NCBI GenBank assembly: GCA_963823555.1 | Contig: CAWGMA010000002.1 | Span: 1 to 64,000 of the forward strand | Source: Candidatus Eiseniibacteriota bacterium | GTDB taxonomy: Bacteria > Eisenbacteria > RBG-16-71-46 > CAVPCR01 | DNA: 64,000 nucleotides | Direction: 5' to 3' | Shown here: positions 27,134-36,249 of the stretch, piece by piece | Position numbering within the stretch: position 1 is the first letter of the stretch | Layout: the number at the start of each line of letters is the position of its first letter | Translations under genes and position numbers: made by a program | The notes under the pieces: model-generated | Seen by the model: the letters and a program-made list of their open reading frames with translations, nothing else | The model's database searches: none | What the model was told of the DNA's origin: nothing

Positions 27134-27820
27134 ATGAAATCGAAAGACAGAATTCTGAACACACAAGTCGATGGTCTGGTGGAAGCGGTACTCACCCAGG
27201 AAGAACAGGCGGCGCTGACGCCTGACCGCGTGATTGAACTCCTGAAGGAAGGCAATGCCCGCTTCTCCAGTGGGGAGGTGACGTTGCGGAATCACAAAGA
27301 GCAAGTCCGCAAGGCGGCCACCGGTCAGTTTCCCAAAGCAATCGTGCTCTCCTGCGTCGATTCACGAGTCCCAGTAGAAGACGTTTTCGACCGCGGCATC
27401 GGCGACATGTTCGTGGCTCGTGTGGCTGGCAACTTCGTGAACTCCGACATTCTCGGCAGCATGGAATTCGCGTGCAAGGTCTCAGGCGCAAAGCTAGTTC
27501 TGGTGATGGGCCATGAGCACTGCGGAGCAGTGAAGGGCGCGATCGATCAGGTCGAGTTGGGCAACATCACCGACATGCTGACGAAGATTCAGCCTGCCGT
27601 GGCCAGCTTCAACGACTACGGCGCAGAGCGGAGTAGCGCGAACCCCGATTTTGTTCATCTGGTGGCGGAGAAAAACGTACAACTCAACCTGGATCGAATC
27701 CGGAAAGAAAGCCCCATCCTTCGTGAGATGGAAGCCACCGGCGAGATCAAGATCGTGGGCGCGATGTACAACATGGACTCCGGCGAGGTGGTGTTCATGG
27801 ACGCGTCGCTTCACCACTAA
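27134..27820 (+). CDS. Beta-class carbonic anhydrase
   Basis: LKEGNARF, SCVDSRV, RVAGN, GHEHCGAV. Confidence 0.95.
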   Translation: MKSKDRILNTQVDGLVEAVLTQEEQAALTPDRVIELLKEGNARFSSGEVTLRNHKEQVRKAATGQFPKAIVLSCVDSRVPVEDVFDRGIGDMFVARVAGNFVNSDILGSMEFACKVSGAKLVLVMGHEHCGAVKGAIDQVELGNITDMLTKIQPAVASFNDYGAERSSANPDFVHLVAEKNVQLNLDRIRKESPILREMEATGEIKIVGAMYNMDSGEVVFMDASLHH

Positions 27821-27866
27821 GAGGGCATCCAAGTGGGAGCACGCATACTGCTCGGTGCGTGAAGCC

Positions 27867-27934
27867 GCCCAACAACCGGTTGCAGCGGACGGTCCGCTGC
27901 GCGGCCCGCCGCTGAACCGGAGTGAGTGCTAGCC
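27867..27934 (+). repeat. attC site with damaged right end, abutting IS256 fragment
   Basis: GCCCAAC AACCG GTTGCAGC ... GCTGAAC CGGAGTGAGT GCTAGCC. Confidence 0.8.
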
Positions 27935-28016
27935 TTCGTTGAAAAGTAGACGGCTCCAGGTAGGATGTGCCGGTTCGCTTCCAAACGATCGGTACACCCA
28001 GAACCAGGAGCCGGTG

Positions 28017-28472
28017 ATGAGAAGAGTAGTCCGGAAGAAGGCTGGACGGAAGTCCCAAGTGTCGGTGGCGGCTGAGGCGGCGATCTTGGATCTCGACGCG
28101 CGTGTCGCCATGATCCAGGCGTTGATCCCCCTCGGCCTGGAGAAGATCGGAGAAGAGCTCAAGGGATCGGTCGAGGAGCTGGTCGGGCCGCGGTACCAGC
28201 GGACCGGAGAAGATCGGCGCTACTACCGCTGGGGATCGGGACAGGGATCGGTATACTTGGCGGACCAGAAGGTTCGGGTGCGGGTACCTCGCGTGCGGGA
28301 CGTTCACGCGAACGAGGAGATTCGATTGCCGGTCTACGGGCGGTTGCAGGAGCCGCACGCAGGAGATCGGCAGCTGCTCGGGCGACTGCTGCGCGGGTTG
28401 GGATGCCGGAACTACGCCGAGACGGCGGCGCTGGTGCCCGAGGTGTTCGGCCTCTCGGCTTCGACGGTGTCA
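28017..28472 (+). pseudogene. IS256-family transposase, N-terminal fragment
   Basis: IQALIPLGL..LVGPRYQR..RWGSGQGSVYLADQKVRVRVPRVR..GLGCRNY..FGLSASTVS, then similarity ends. Confidence 0.85.
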
Positions 28473-28551
28473 TCTTCCTTCGCATTCTGCGGCACAGTTG
28501 CTGAAACCAGACCAGCAAGCCTCGTGCCGCCCAGTGATGCAGGTGATTCGG

Positions 28552-28617
28552 GCATAACGAGGCGTTGGAGCGGCTCGGGTCTGCTGCGCCCCCCCCCGCT
28601 CAACGCCGGCGTTAGGG
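28552..28617 (+). repeat. attC site
   Basis: GCATAAC GAGGC GTTGGAGC ... GCTCAAC GCCGGC GTTAGGG. Confidence 0.88.
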
Positions 28618-28791
28618 GCTGCCAAGGGTCACCGACTGTCTTTACGATACCTTATAGCTTCGGCGTGAAAGGTAGATTTCGAAGTCTGCTGCTTTTCGTG
28701 AGGCGGTTCCAGATGAATAGGGGCTTCATCCTGACCACAGTCTAGCTCGGAACCATCGCCGCGACCCTCGCTCGCTCAACGGAGGGATCTC

Positions 28792-29694
28792 ATGACGCAG
28801 TATCGTTGGTTCGTGCTTCACTTGCTTGCCTTCTCCACCATCGTGAGACCAGTCTCTCTGAACGGCGCGCAGGGCGCTCCGGCGTACGCGGGAGACCCCA
28901 TGATTCTGCCGTTCACTACCGGGGCCCGTGGCCATGTCTTCGTCGATGTGATTGTGAACGGCGACCGGCGGGTGCCGTTTGTTCTCGATACGGGTGCCGG
29001 CCGAACCATGCTCAATCAGGCCCGCCTTGACAGCCTCGGGATCGCTCAGCGAGCGAGCACCGACACCGTGCAGGGAGCGCATGGGAAGTTCGCGATGGGT
29101 CTCGCCGACGTGGAGTCCCTCGCGCTCGGTGGGGTCGCGCTGGGGGCGCTCGAGCTTGGGACGATGGACCTGACTGGTGTCGAGTCCGGCGGCTCGCCGG
29201 TCTTCGGCGTCATCGGCTACGACGTGCTGTCTAGATTCGACGTCCTGCTGGATTTCGAGCAGCAGACGATCGCTCTCCATCCGCGCGCCGGGAGCCTGGA
29301 CGCATGCGCCGTGTGCGCGGGCGCAATGACGGTTTCCTTCGATCTGGCCGAGGATACAATCATCCGATTCGAGGTCACTATCAACGGCCAGCCGATCGCT
29401 GCGCTTCTCGACACGGGATCCGCTCGCAGCGGCATGAACCACCTCGCCGCCAAGGCCATCGGCGTCCAGCTGCCTCCGACGCCACCCGGGGGTCACGGTC
29501 CGGCCCTGCAGGTCGACGCGGTCAAAATGGGCGGGGAGGTCCTTGCCCGCAAGCTGATCGTCGGCGTCGTGGATCTACCCGTGTTCACCGCCGTGGGGGT
29601 CGCCGACGGGCCTGCGATGCTGGTGGGAACCCGGGCGCTCGTCGGGCGGCGGGTCGGGATCTCCTACGGGGTGGAGCGACTATCCATCAGGTAA
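28792..29694 (+). CDS. Secreted double-domain retropepsin-like aspartyl protease (cassette)
   Basis: FVLDTGA and ALLDTGS catalytic motifs; GVIGYDVL. Confidence 0.9.
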   Translation: MTQYRWFVLHLLAFSTIVRPVSLNGAQGAPAYAGDPMILPFTTGARGHVFVDVIVNGDRRVPFVLDTGAGRTMLNQARLDSLGIAQRASTDTVQGAHGKFAMGLADVESLALGGVALGALELGTMDLTGVESGGSPVFGVIGYDVLSRFDVLLDFEQQTIALHPRAGSLDACAVCAGAMTVSFDLAEDTIIRFEVTINGQPIAALLDTGSARSGMNHLAAKAIGVQLPPTPPGGHGPALQVDAVKMGGEVLARKLIVGVVDLPVFTAVGVADGPAMLVGTRALVGRRVGISYGVERLSIR

Positions 29695-29783
29695 CTCATG
29701 CGCGGGGTGGCGGCGCGAGGGGACAAACGAGAGAAGCTCGGCCTCCCGCTTGCCCTAGCGCCTGAACCAGCCGTTAGCAAGCC

Positions 29784-30188
29784 ATGAGCTATTTTGCCGA
29801 CCTTACGCCGTACACCTACACGATGACCATCGAGGGAACTGTACTCAACGTGGGATGGCTCGACTCCCGGCATCCCTTCCCTCGCGGTGACACCACCGCG
29901 GAGTTCCGCCACGCCCTGCATCGCCTCTGCCAACGCCCGGTGTTGCTGACTCGCGGAGCTCACCACTGCCAGTTCTGCCCGCAGGAAGACATGCGTGTGT
30001 GGCCTCCCACTCATCCGGAGCGCGTCGGCAATGGTGAGATTCGCGTCAAGGGCGCCGACGGAATCTGGTATGCGGCCCCGACGATGGTCAACCACTACGT
30101 TGTGGAGCATCAGTATCTGCCGCCGAACGCGTTCGTGCAGGCCGTCCTGTTAGTGGCAGCAGTTGCGGGCCCGGGTGATGCTCGCTAA
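29784..30188 (+). CDS. Hypothetical protein (cassette)
   Basis: YFADLTPY..NVGWLD..RGAHHCQFC..GNGEIRV..YAAPTMVNHYV; stop lies in the R'' box. Confidence 0.82.
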   Translation: MSYFADLTPYTYTMTIEGTVLNVGWLDSRHPFPRGDTTAEFRHALHRLCQRPVLLTRGAHHCQFCPQEDMRVWPPTHPERVGNGEIRVKGADGIWYAAPTMVNHYVVEHQYLPPNAFVQAVLLVAAVAGPGDAR

Positions 30189-30281
30189 CCCGCGGCTGCA
30201 GCCGACGAGCGGCGGCGACCCCGCCTGCCCGCCTGGTACCCTCTTGGCTGCCGCCGGCCGCTGGGCGGCAGGACGTTAGAC
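30183..30281 (+). repeat. attC site
   Basis: CGCTAAC CCGCG GCTGCAGC ... GCTGGGC GGCAGGAC GTTAGAC. Confidence 0.85.
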
Positions 30282-30351
30282 CGATTTCGCAGGACGCTCC
30301 GCGAGTCGACTTGCGGGTTTGCGAAGCTCATTTCACAAGAGTAATTTTGCC

Positions 30352-31398
30352 GTGACCGCTTTGGACACATCGGTGCTCTCGACACGGCTGGATGCGGTGG
30401 TCGCCGAGACGGATTTCTGGGGAGCGATCCAAGTGACCGTCGCGGGGAGCATCCTGTACGAACGCGCCGCTGGATACTCGGATCGCGCTCATGAGATACC
30501 GAACACCCGAGACACGAGCTTCGCAGTCGCGAGTGGGACGAAAGCCTTCACTGCCTTGGCGGCGATGTCGCTCGTGCAGGAGGGAATGCTTGGGCTCGAC
30601 GATCAGGTCCGCGGTTCGTTCGGTCCAGCGGGGGGCCTCGTAGCGCCCGGTGTGACGATCCGGCACCTGCTCGCACACACGTCAGGACTCGGAGACTACC
30701 TGGACGAAGAGCAGATCACGGACAACGACGAGTACGTTTTGGACGTTCCTGTCCACCATCTGACGAGTCCGTTGGAGTTCATGCCTCTCCTACGTGGCCG
30801 GCCGGCGAAGTCGCCGCCGGGTGCGAGGTTCGAGTATTGCAACTCCGGCTACGTGCTGCTCGCGTTGGTCATCGATCACGTCGCCGGCTGCAGTTACTAC
30901 GACGCCGTGCAGCAGAGGGTCTTCGGGCCCGCAGGGATGGAGCACACGGCGTTCCCCCGACTGGACGAGCTGCCGGGGTCCGCAGCGATCGGATACTTGC
31001 CGAGTCGCGGTTGGCGAACGAACCATCTGCACCTGCCCGTTCGGGGTGGAGGTGATGGCGGTGCCTACTCCACGCTGGACGACATCAGTCGATTCTGGAG
31101 CGAACTCTACTCTGGAACGATCGTGACTGCCGAAGCAGTCCGTGAAATGACGCACCCTCACCACGCGCCATCGGAGGCATCCCGTGGCTACGGGCTCGGT
31201 TTCTGGCTTGCGCGCGACGGTCGCACAGTTCAGCTCGAGGGAGCCGATGCCGGAATCTCGTTTCGCTCTGGGTTCGCGCCGGCAACCCGTGTCTCGTACA
31301 CGGTCGTCTCAAACACAACCTCCGGTGCCTGGCCCGTCGTGAAGGAGCTGGAATCTCTGCTCGGAGCGGTCACGCCGGAGAGAGACGTTTCGAGATGA
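30352..31398 (+). CDS. Serine hydrolase, beta-lactamase/transpeptidase-like family (last recognisable cassette)
   Basis: SGTK (SxxK), LLAHTSG, YCN (YxN); followed by lone R'' GTCTAAC 31403-31409. Confidence 0.9.
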   Translation: MTALDTSVLSTRLDAVVAETDFWGAIQVTVAGSILYERAAGYSDRAHEIPNTRDTSFAVASGTKAFTALAAMSLVQEGMLGLDDQVRGSFGPAGGLVAPGVTIRHLLAHTSGLGDYLDEEQITDNDEYVLDVPVHHLTSPLEFMPLLRGRPAKSPPGARFEYCNSGYVLLALVIDHVAGCSYYDAVQQRVFGPAGMEHTAFPRLDELPGSAAIGYLPSRGWRTNHLHLPVRGGGDGGAYSTLDDISRFWSELYSGTIVTAEAVREMTHPHHAPSEASRGYGLGFWLARDGRTVQLEGADAGISFRSGFAPATRVSYTVVSNTTSGAWPVVKELESLLGAVTPERDVSR

Positions 31399-31929
31399 CG
31401 CGGTCTAACTGCCGGGGTTCTTCTCCTCGAGGCTTCTGGCTCTACTGCTGGCCGGCCTGATCCTCGGGTTTCTGCAGCCGACAGCGGCATGGCGTTGGGC
31501 TGTGCTGCTCGCGCTGGGTTGCCTGCCATGGCCGTCGTTGGCAACCTGCTTCGCGTGCGTACACCCGAGTCGATCCGCTTGGATCCGCGCATTGCTTTGG
31601 TAGCCTTGGGGTTCGCGGCGGTCGGTTGCTACGGCGGCCTTGTGGTTCGCCGGACTTTCGCGCGGATCACAGGCAGGGGTTGGCAAAACCACCCATGGAC
31701 TTTGACACCTACCGCCGCAGGTTCTTCATCCGTCCGCAGCCCCAGCCGCGCCTTGCTTTCGCGGGTCTCCACAACGCGACCCGTTATCTTGCCAACTCCG
31801 CGACCCGTTTCGAACGCACATGTTGATCGTCCGCCCCCTCGACTCAGTGGCGGCTGTGTACCGCCGCTCCCGCAAGGAGATGGTCGCTGCGCGCTCGTCG
31901 AAGCCGGTCAGCGCGCACGCTACGTCTAC

Positions 31930-32454
31930 ATGATGATGATTGAAACCAAGCGGCTCTTGCTGCGCCGGATGTCTATAGAGGACATTGATGATCTGCTGCT
32001 CATCTTCACTGATCCCAAGGTCATGGCGTCCTTTGACGATCAGCTGTTTGATCGCTCCATGATGGAGCAGTGGATCCGCCGTAACCTCGATCATCAAGAC
32101 CAGCATGGATACGGTCTGTTTTCCGTGCTCTTGCGTGGTGCGAGAACCGTTATTGGCGACTGCGGTCTAGAGCACATGACAGTCGACGGAATGCCAGAAC
32201 TCGAACTTGGATACGATTTCCGCAGCGACCATTGGAATCGAGGTCTGGCGACCGAGGCGGCGCTTGCGGTGCGCGACTTCGCGTTCAAGGAGCTTGGCAT
32301 GCCTCGCCTCGTAAGCCTCATTCGATCCTCGAACGCGGCATCTTGTCGCGTAGCGGAAAAGATAGGAATGTCGAGGGAGCGAGAGGTCGCGCGAGCGGGC
32401 CATGAGTATTGGATCTATTCCATATCGAGGAGCGAGTCCAGCTTTCTTCGGTGA
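31930..32454 (+). CDS. GNAT acetyltransferase (RimJ/RimL-like)
   Basis: ETKRLLLR, IGDCGL, ELGY, WNRGLATEAA, NAASCRVAEKIGM. Confidence 0.92.
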   Translation: MMMIETKRLLLRRMSIEDIDDLLLIFTDPKVMASFDDQLFDRSMMEQWIRRNLDHQDQHGYGLFSVLLRGARTVIGDCGLEHMTVDGMPELELGYDFRSDHWNRGLATEAALAVRDFAFKELGMPRLVSLIRSSNAASCRVAEKIGMSREREVARAGHEYWIYSISRSESSFLR

Positions 32455-32499
32455 GGGCTGGAACCCCGAGGCGTTGGTGCTGGCCCAGGAGGACCATCG

Positions 32500-34164
32500 A
32501 TGAAGCGTCTCTTTTCATTCCGCTGGCTGATCGCTTGTTTGCCGCTGCTGTTCGCATCGATATCCCTTGCCGAGCCGGTTCGCCTCTCCGATCTCGAGCG
32601 GCAGTTCCAAGCGCTCCAGCTGGCGGCGGTGAACGCGTACACGCAAGGGGACTACCATGCCTCGGTCGCGGCTTACGATGAGATCCTGGACACAGTAGGT
32701 ATCGAGCTCTTTCCGGAACAGGCGCCGGGGATTCTCTACAACCTCGCGTGCAGCGCCGCCCTCGCAGGAGAGCCCGAGAAGGCGATCCGTGCCCTCCAGG
32801 CCGCCGTGGACGCAGGCTGGCGAAACGCGGAACACCTCGCGCGGGACACGGACCTCGATAGTATCCGAAGCGCGCCCGAGTTCCAGGAGATCGCGATCCG
32901 CATGGAGCGTGACGCAGCGCTCGAAGAGAAGATGTGGGCAGGTCCGGCGCTCCAGACGCCGTACAGGGAGGACATCCCGGTGGCAGAGAAGGTGGCGGGG
33001 CTGGCCCGAATCTGGATGGAAGCGAAGTTCGCTTTCGCATTCTTCGACCAGGTGCCTGAACTTGACTGGGACGCGGAGTACCTCGCCTCCATCCCGGAAG
33101 TGATGGCGACCCGGTCGACCCGGGAGTACTACGAGATCCTCGGAAGACTCGTGGCCAAGCTCCGGGACGGTCATACGAACATCACCTACCCCGTGGAACT
33201 CCACGAAAAGGTGTACGCGAAGCCCCCGGTCCGCACGGCCCTGATCGAGGGTCGCGTCCTCGTCACCGGGATCGTCAATCCCGCAGTCACCTCGGTGGAA
33301 GTGGGCGAGGAGGTGGTCTCGATCGACGAGACCCCGGTGAAGGAGTACGCGGAGACCCGCATCCGCCCCTATGTCTGTGCCTCGACCCCACAGGACAGCG
33401 ACAACCGGACCTACGACTACGAGCTTCTCACCGGAGACCGGGACGTTCCCGTCACGCTGGGACTTCGGGATAGGAACGGAGAAGAGAGAACCGTTCGGAT
33501 CGATCGCGGGCTGGAGTGGATCCATGATGCGCCGCTCGTCGAATCACGTATTTTGGACGGGGGGATCGGTTATCTGGCCATCCATTCCTTCTCCAGCGAG
33601 TCTCCCATCGATTCCCTCGTCGAGACCGCGATGGGCGAGCTGCGGAGTGCGCATGGTCTCGTAATCGACATTCGCGACAACGGGGGCGGGAGCAGCGGAT
33701 GGTGGGTGATGGAATACCTCGTTGCCGAGTATGAGCTCACCACGTGGGCCACGCGCGATTATCGTCCCGCCTTTCGGGCTTGGGGCCGCCAGCAAACATG
33801 GTATCGGAGTCGTCCGTCCTCCCGGCCCGGGTTCGATCCGCCAAAGCGCTTCGATGGTCCCGTCGTGCTCTTGACCAGCCCGCGCACTTTCTCGGCGGCC
33901 GAGGACTTCGCTGCCGTCTTCCGCTGGTCGCGCCGGGGGAAGATCGTCGGCGAGGCGACCGCTGGGAGCACCGGCCAGCCTCTCTTCTTCCGCCTCCCCG
34001 GAGGAGGCTCGGCCCGGATATGCACGAAACGCGACACCTATCCGGACGGATCGGAGTTCGTCGGATACGGAGTTCAGCCGGATGTGGAAGTGCACCGCAC
34101 GGTGGAAGGCTATCGGAGCGGGAGAGACGAGATACTGGAGGCGGCTCTCGCCGTGCTGCGGTAG
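32500..34164 (+). CDS. Secreted S41-family peptidase with N-terminal TPR-like region
   Basis: YNLACSAALAG TPR; LRDGHT; IDIRDNGGG; TFSAAEDF; GVQPDV. Confidence 0.92.
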   Translation: MKRLFSFRWLIACLPLLFASISLAEPVRLSDLERQFQALQLAAVNAYTQGDYHASVAAYDEILDTVGIELFPEQAPGILYNLACSAALAGEPEKAIRALQAAVDAGWRNAEHLARDTDLDSIRSAPEFQEIAIRMERDAALEEKMWAGPALQTPYREDIPVAEKVAGLARIWMEAKFAFAFFDQVPELDWDAEYLASIPEVMATRSTREYYEILGRLVAKLRDGHTNITYPVELHEKVYAKPPVRTALIEGRVLVTGIVNPAVTSVEVGEEVVSIDETPVKEYAETRIRPYVCASTPQDSDNRTYDYELLTGDRDVPVTLGLRDRNGEERTVRIDRGLEWIHDAPLVESRILDGGIGYLAIHSFSSESPIDSLVETAMGELRSAHGLVIDIRDNGGGSSGWWVMEYLVAEYELTTWATRDYRPAFRAWGRQQTWYRSRPSSRPGFDPPKRFDGPVVLLTSPRTFSAAEDFAAVFRWSRRGKIVGEATAGSTGQPLFFRLPGGGSARICTKRDTYPDGSEFVGYGVQPDVEVHRTVEGYRSGRDEILEAALAVLR

Positions 34165-34292
34165 CATGGAACCGGGCTCATCTCGCGCGGCTATGCCACC
34201 ATCATCGCCTCCCGGATCAAGCCGGCGGCCGCCCATGGCAGTCGGATCCTCTGCTCGGCCACAGCTCTTGGGAGAAGGGAACATTGTCGAAG

Positions 34293-34676
34293 ATGGCACA
34301 ATCCATACGCACCATTCGACCAAGCGAACGTAAGACCCTGCCCTGCCCTCCGGACTTTCCTTTCGTTCGGCAGGAGATGTTCGGTGACGATCACGTCTGG
34401 TTGGGAATGGTCACCACCGAGCCGGGAGGCGCGTCACCATGGCACCATCATGGCAAGCACGAGACCTACGTCTTCCTCCTCGAGGGAGAGGCTACTGTCG
34501 AGTTCGGTGCGGGTGGGACCGGCCGTCTACACGCGACAGCAGATGGGTCGCTACACATCATTCCACCGGGGCTGCCTCACCGGGAGATCAACACGGGCAC
34601 AACACCTAACCGGATGCTTGTCGTGAGGGTCGGCGAGGGGCCGGCAGTTGTCCCCCTCGACGGTCCCCCCAAGTGA
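34293..34676 (+). CDS. Cupin-domain protein
   Basis: WHHHGKHETYVFLLEG, IPPGLPHRE. Confidence 0.88.
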   Translation: MAQSIRTIRPSERKTLPCPPDFPFVRQEMFGDDHVWLGMVTTEPGGASPWHHHGKHETYVFLLEGEATVEFGAGGTGRLHATADGSLHIIPPGLPHREINTGTTPNRMLVVRVGEGPAVVPLDGPPK

Positions 34677-34829
34677 GGGCGGGGTCGCCCAAAGCAGTCG
34701 TTGCGGCCATGTTCGTGGCTGCTGCCGGGATGCGGTGACAGACTGGGCGGCCTCGAAGCGATTTGAGCCGCTGCAGGCGCCGACGACGGGCAGGTAACGG
34801 GACGGGGCGTCGGCAAGGAGGAGCGAGAC

Positions 34830-35225
34830 GTGGCCGTGCGTATTGTCAGGCTTGGTAGTCCCCGCGTGCCAGATGAAGGCGTGCGCATCGGCACGGTCCG
34901 CCGTCCACCACGCGGGGTGCCCAAGGCCGAATTCGCCGCGCAGAACTGGTACGATATCTGGCTCCCCAACCTGGCGCCGAGCCCGGAGACCATGAAGCTC
35001 GGCCAGGCAGCCACGACGCCCGCCCAGCGGGCTGCGTTCACCAGGAAGTACCGTGCGGAAATGACCGCTCCCGACAACAGCCACGTCATCGAGCTTCTGG
35101 CCACGCTGTCTCGCCAAAGCGACTTCTCGGTCGGTTGCTACTGCGAGAACGAGGCGCGCTGTCATCGATCGATCCTGCGCGATCTCCTGCTGGAGAAGGG
35201 GGCCGAGCTGAAGGGTGATGACTAG
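34830..35225 (+). CDS. DUF488-like protein
   Basis: RIGTVRRPPRGVPK, WLPNLAPS, YRAEM, CYCENEARCHRSIL. Confidence 0.88.
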   Translation: MAVRIVRLGSPRVPDEGVRIGTVRRPPRGVPKAEFAAQNWYDIWLPNLAPSPETMKLGQAATTPAQRAAFTRKYRAEMTAPDNSHVIELLATLSRQSDFSVGCYCENEARCHRSILRDLLLEKGAELKGDD

Positions 35226-35319
35226 CGAGGAGCTCGCCGAAGGAAGCCAGGACACTAGGCTACGTCCCGCTCTGCGGCGCTCCACTTCCGGCACGCTGTC
35301 TCGAGACAGCGCCCCAGCG

Positions 35320-36231
35320 ATGACTACGGCCCGCGAATACGATCCAGACAGCGATTTCCTTCGCGTCCGTGATTTCCTTTCGATCACCTACCAGGCCTTC
35401 GGGAGACCGCTCAACTGGCGGATCGAACGCTGGAACTGGGCCCGATATCATCCCGGCATGTTCGAGGGTGAGTCAGCAAGGAAGATCGAGTTCTGGGAGC
35501 AGGCGGTCCGCATCTGGGAGACCGGAGCGCAGGAGATCGTGGGGGTCGTGAACGTCGAGTCTCCCCAGTACGGAAGAGCGTACCTCCAACGCCATCCAGG
35601 TCACACCACCCTGCTGGGAGAGATGCTGGACTATGCGGAGGGAGCGCTGACCGATAGAGAGAATGGCGTCCTGCGCTGCTCCGCCTATGTCTACGACGAG
35701 CACTTCCAGGCATTGCTCCGGAGTCGGGGCTATCGCCAGCAACTCGAGCACCCCGAGTATGATTCGGAGTTCATGATCGAAGGACTCCCGGAAGTGACCC
35801 TGCCCCGTGGATACGCCGTGCAATCCATGGCGGAGGGAGGCGACATGGCCCTCCGATGCAAGGTCCAGGGGCTGGGGTTCGATCATCCCGATCCAGCGGA
35901 CTGGACGACGGTGTCGGCGTACCGGCGCGTGCAAGCGGCACCCGACTACCGTGAGGATCTCGATCTTTTTGTCCGGGGTCCGGATGGCGATTATGTGTCC
36001 TGCGGTATCCTGTGGCTCGACGAACGCAACCGCCTGGGGATCTGCGAGCCGATGTGCACGCACCCGAGTTACCGGCGCATGGGCTTCGGTCGCGCCGTCA
36101 TGATGGAAGGCGTCCGACGGGTAGCGGCCCTCGGTGCGCTGAGAGTCCAGGTCGGTTCGGGACAGCGGTTCTATGAAGCGATTGGCTTCGAGAGGAAGTA
36201 CAGGAGTTATCGCTGGACCAGGAACTGCTAG
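35320..36231 (+). CDS. GNAT acetyltransferase
   Basis: EPMCTHPSYRRMGFGRA, FYEAIGF. Confidence 0.85.
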   Translation: MTTAREYDPDSDFLRVRDFLSITYQAFGRPLNWRIERWNWARYHPGMFEGESARKIEFWEQAVRIWETGAQEIVGVVNVESPQYGRAYLQRHPGHTTLLGEMLDYAEGALTDRENGVLRCSAYVYDEHFQALLRSRGYRQQLEHPEYDSEFMIEGLPEVTLPRGYAVQSMAEGGDMALRCKVQGLGFDHPDPADWTTVSAYRRVQAAPDYREDLDLFVRGPDGDYVSCGILWLDERNRLGICEPMCTHPSYRRMGFGRAVMMEGVRRVAALGALRVQVGSGQRFYEAIGFERKYRSYRWTRNC

Positions 36232-36249
36232 CTTTCGGAGGGGCACGAC

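Larger units (their letters stand above)
1..31409 (+). mobile_element. Integron gene-cassette array (no intI in window; runs off the left edge)
   Basis: Repeated attC palindromes (RYYYAAC...GTTRRRY-like) follow + strand ORFs. In 13 cassettes the upstream R' heptamer is the exact reverse complement of the cassette's own R'', e.g. GTTATGC 490/GCATAAC 1610, GTTCGGC 7875/GCCGAAC 9349, GTTGGGC 25322/GCCCAAC 27867. Confidence 0.97.

Noticed and set aside
30352..31398. Calling the serine hydrolase a true beta-lactamase resistance gene
   Set aside because: SxxK and YxN are shared with esterases and peptidases, and the third motif reads LEG rather than KTG.
31410..31700. Membrane-protein ORF after the last R'' and the 321-aa extended GNAT ORF (31489)
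   Set aside because: It looks like a broken fragment without a start; the GNAT domain begins at about 31930.
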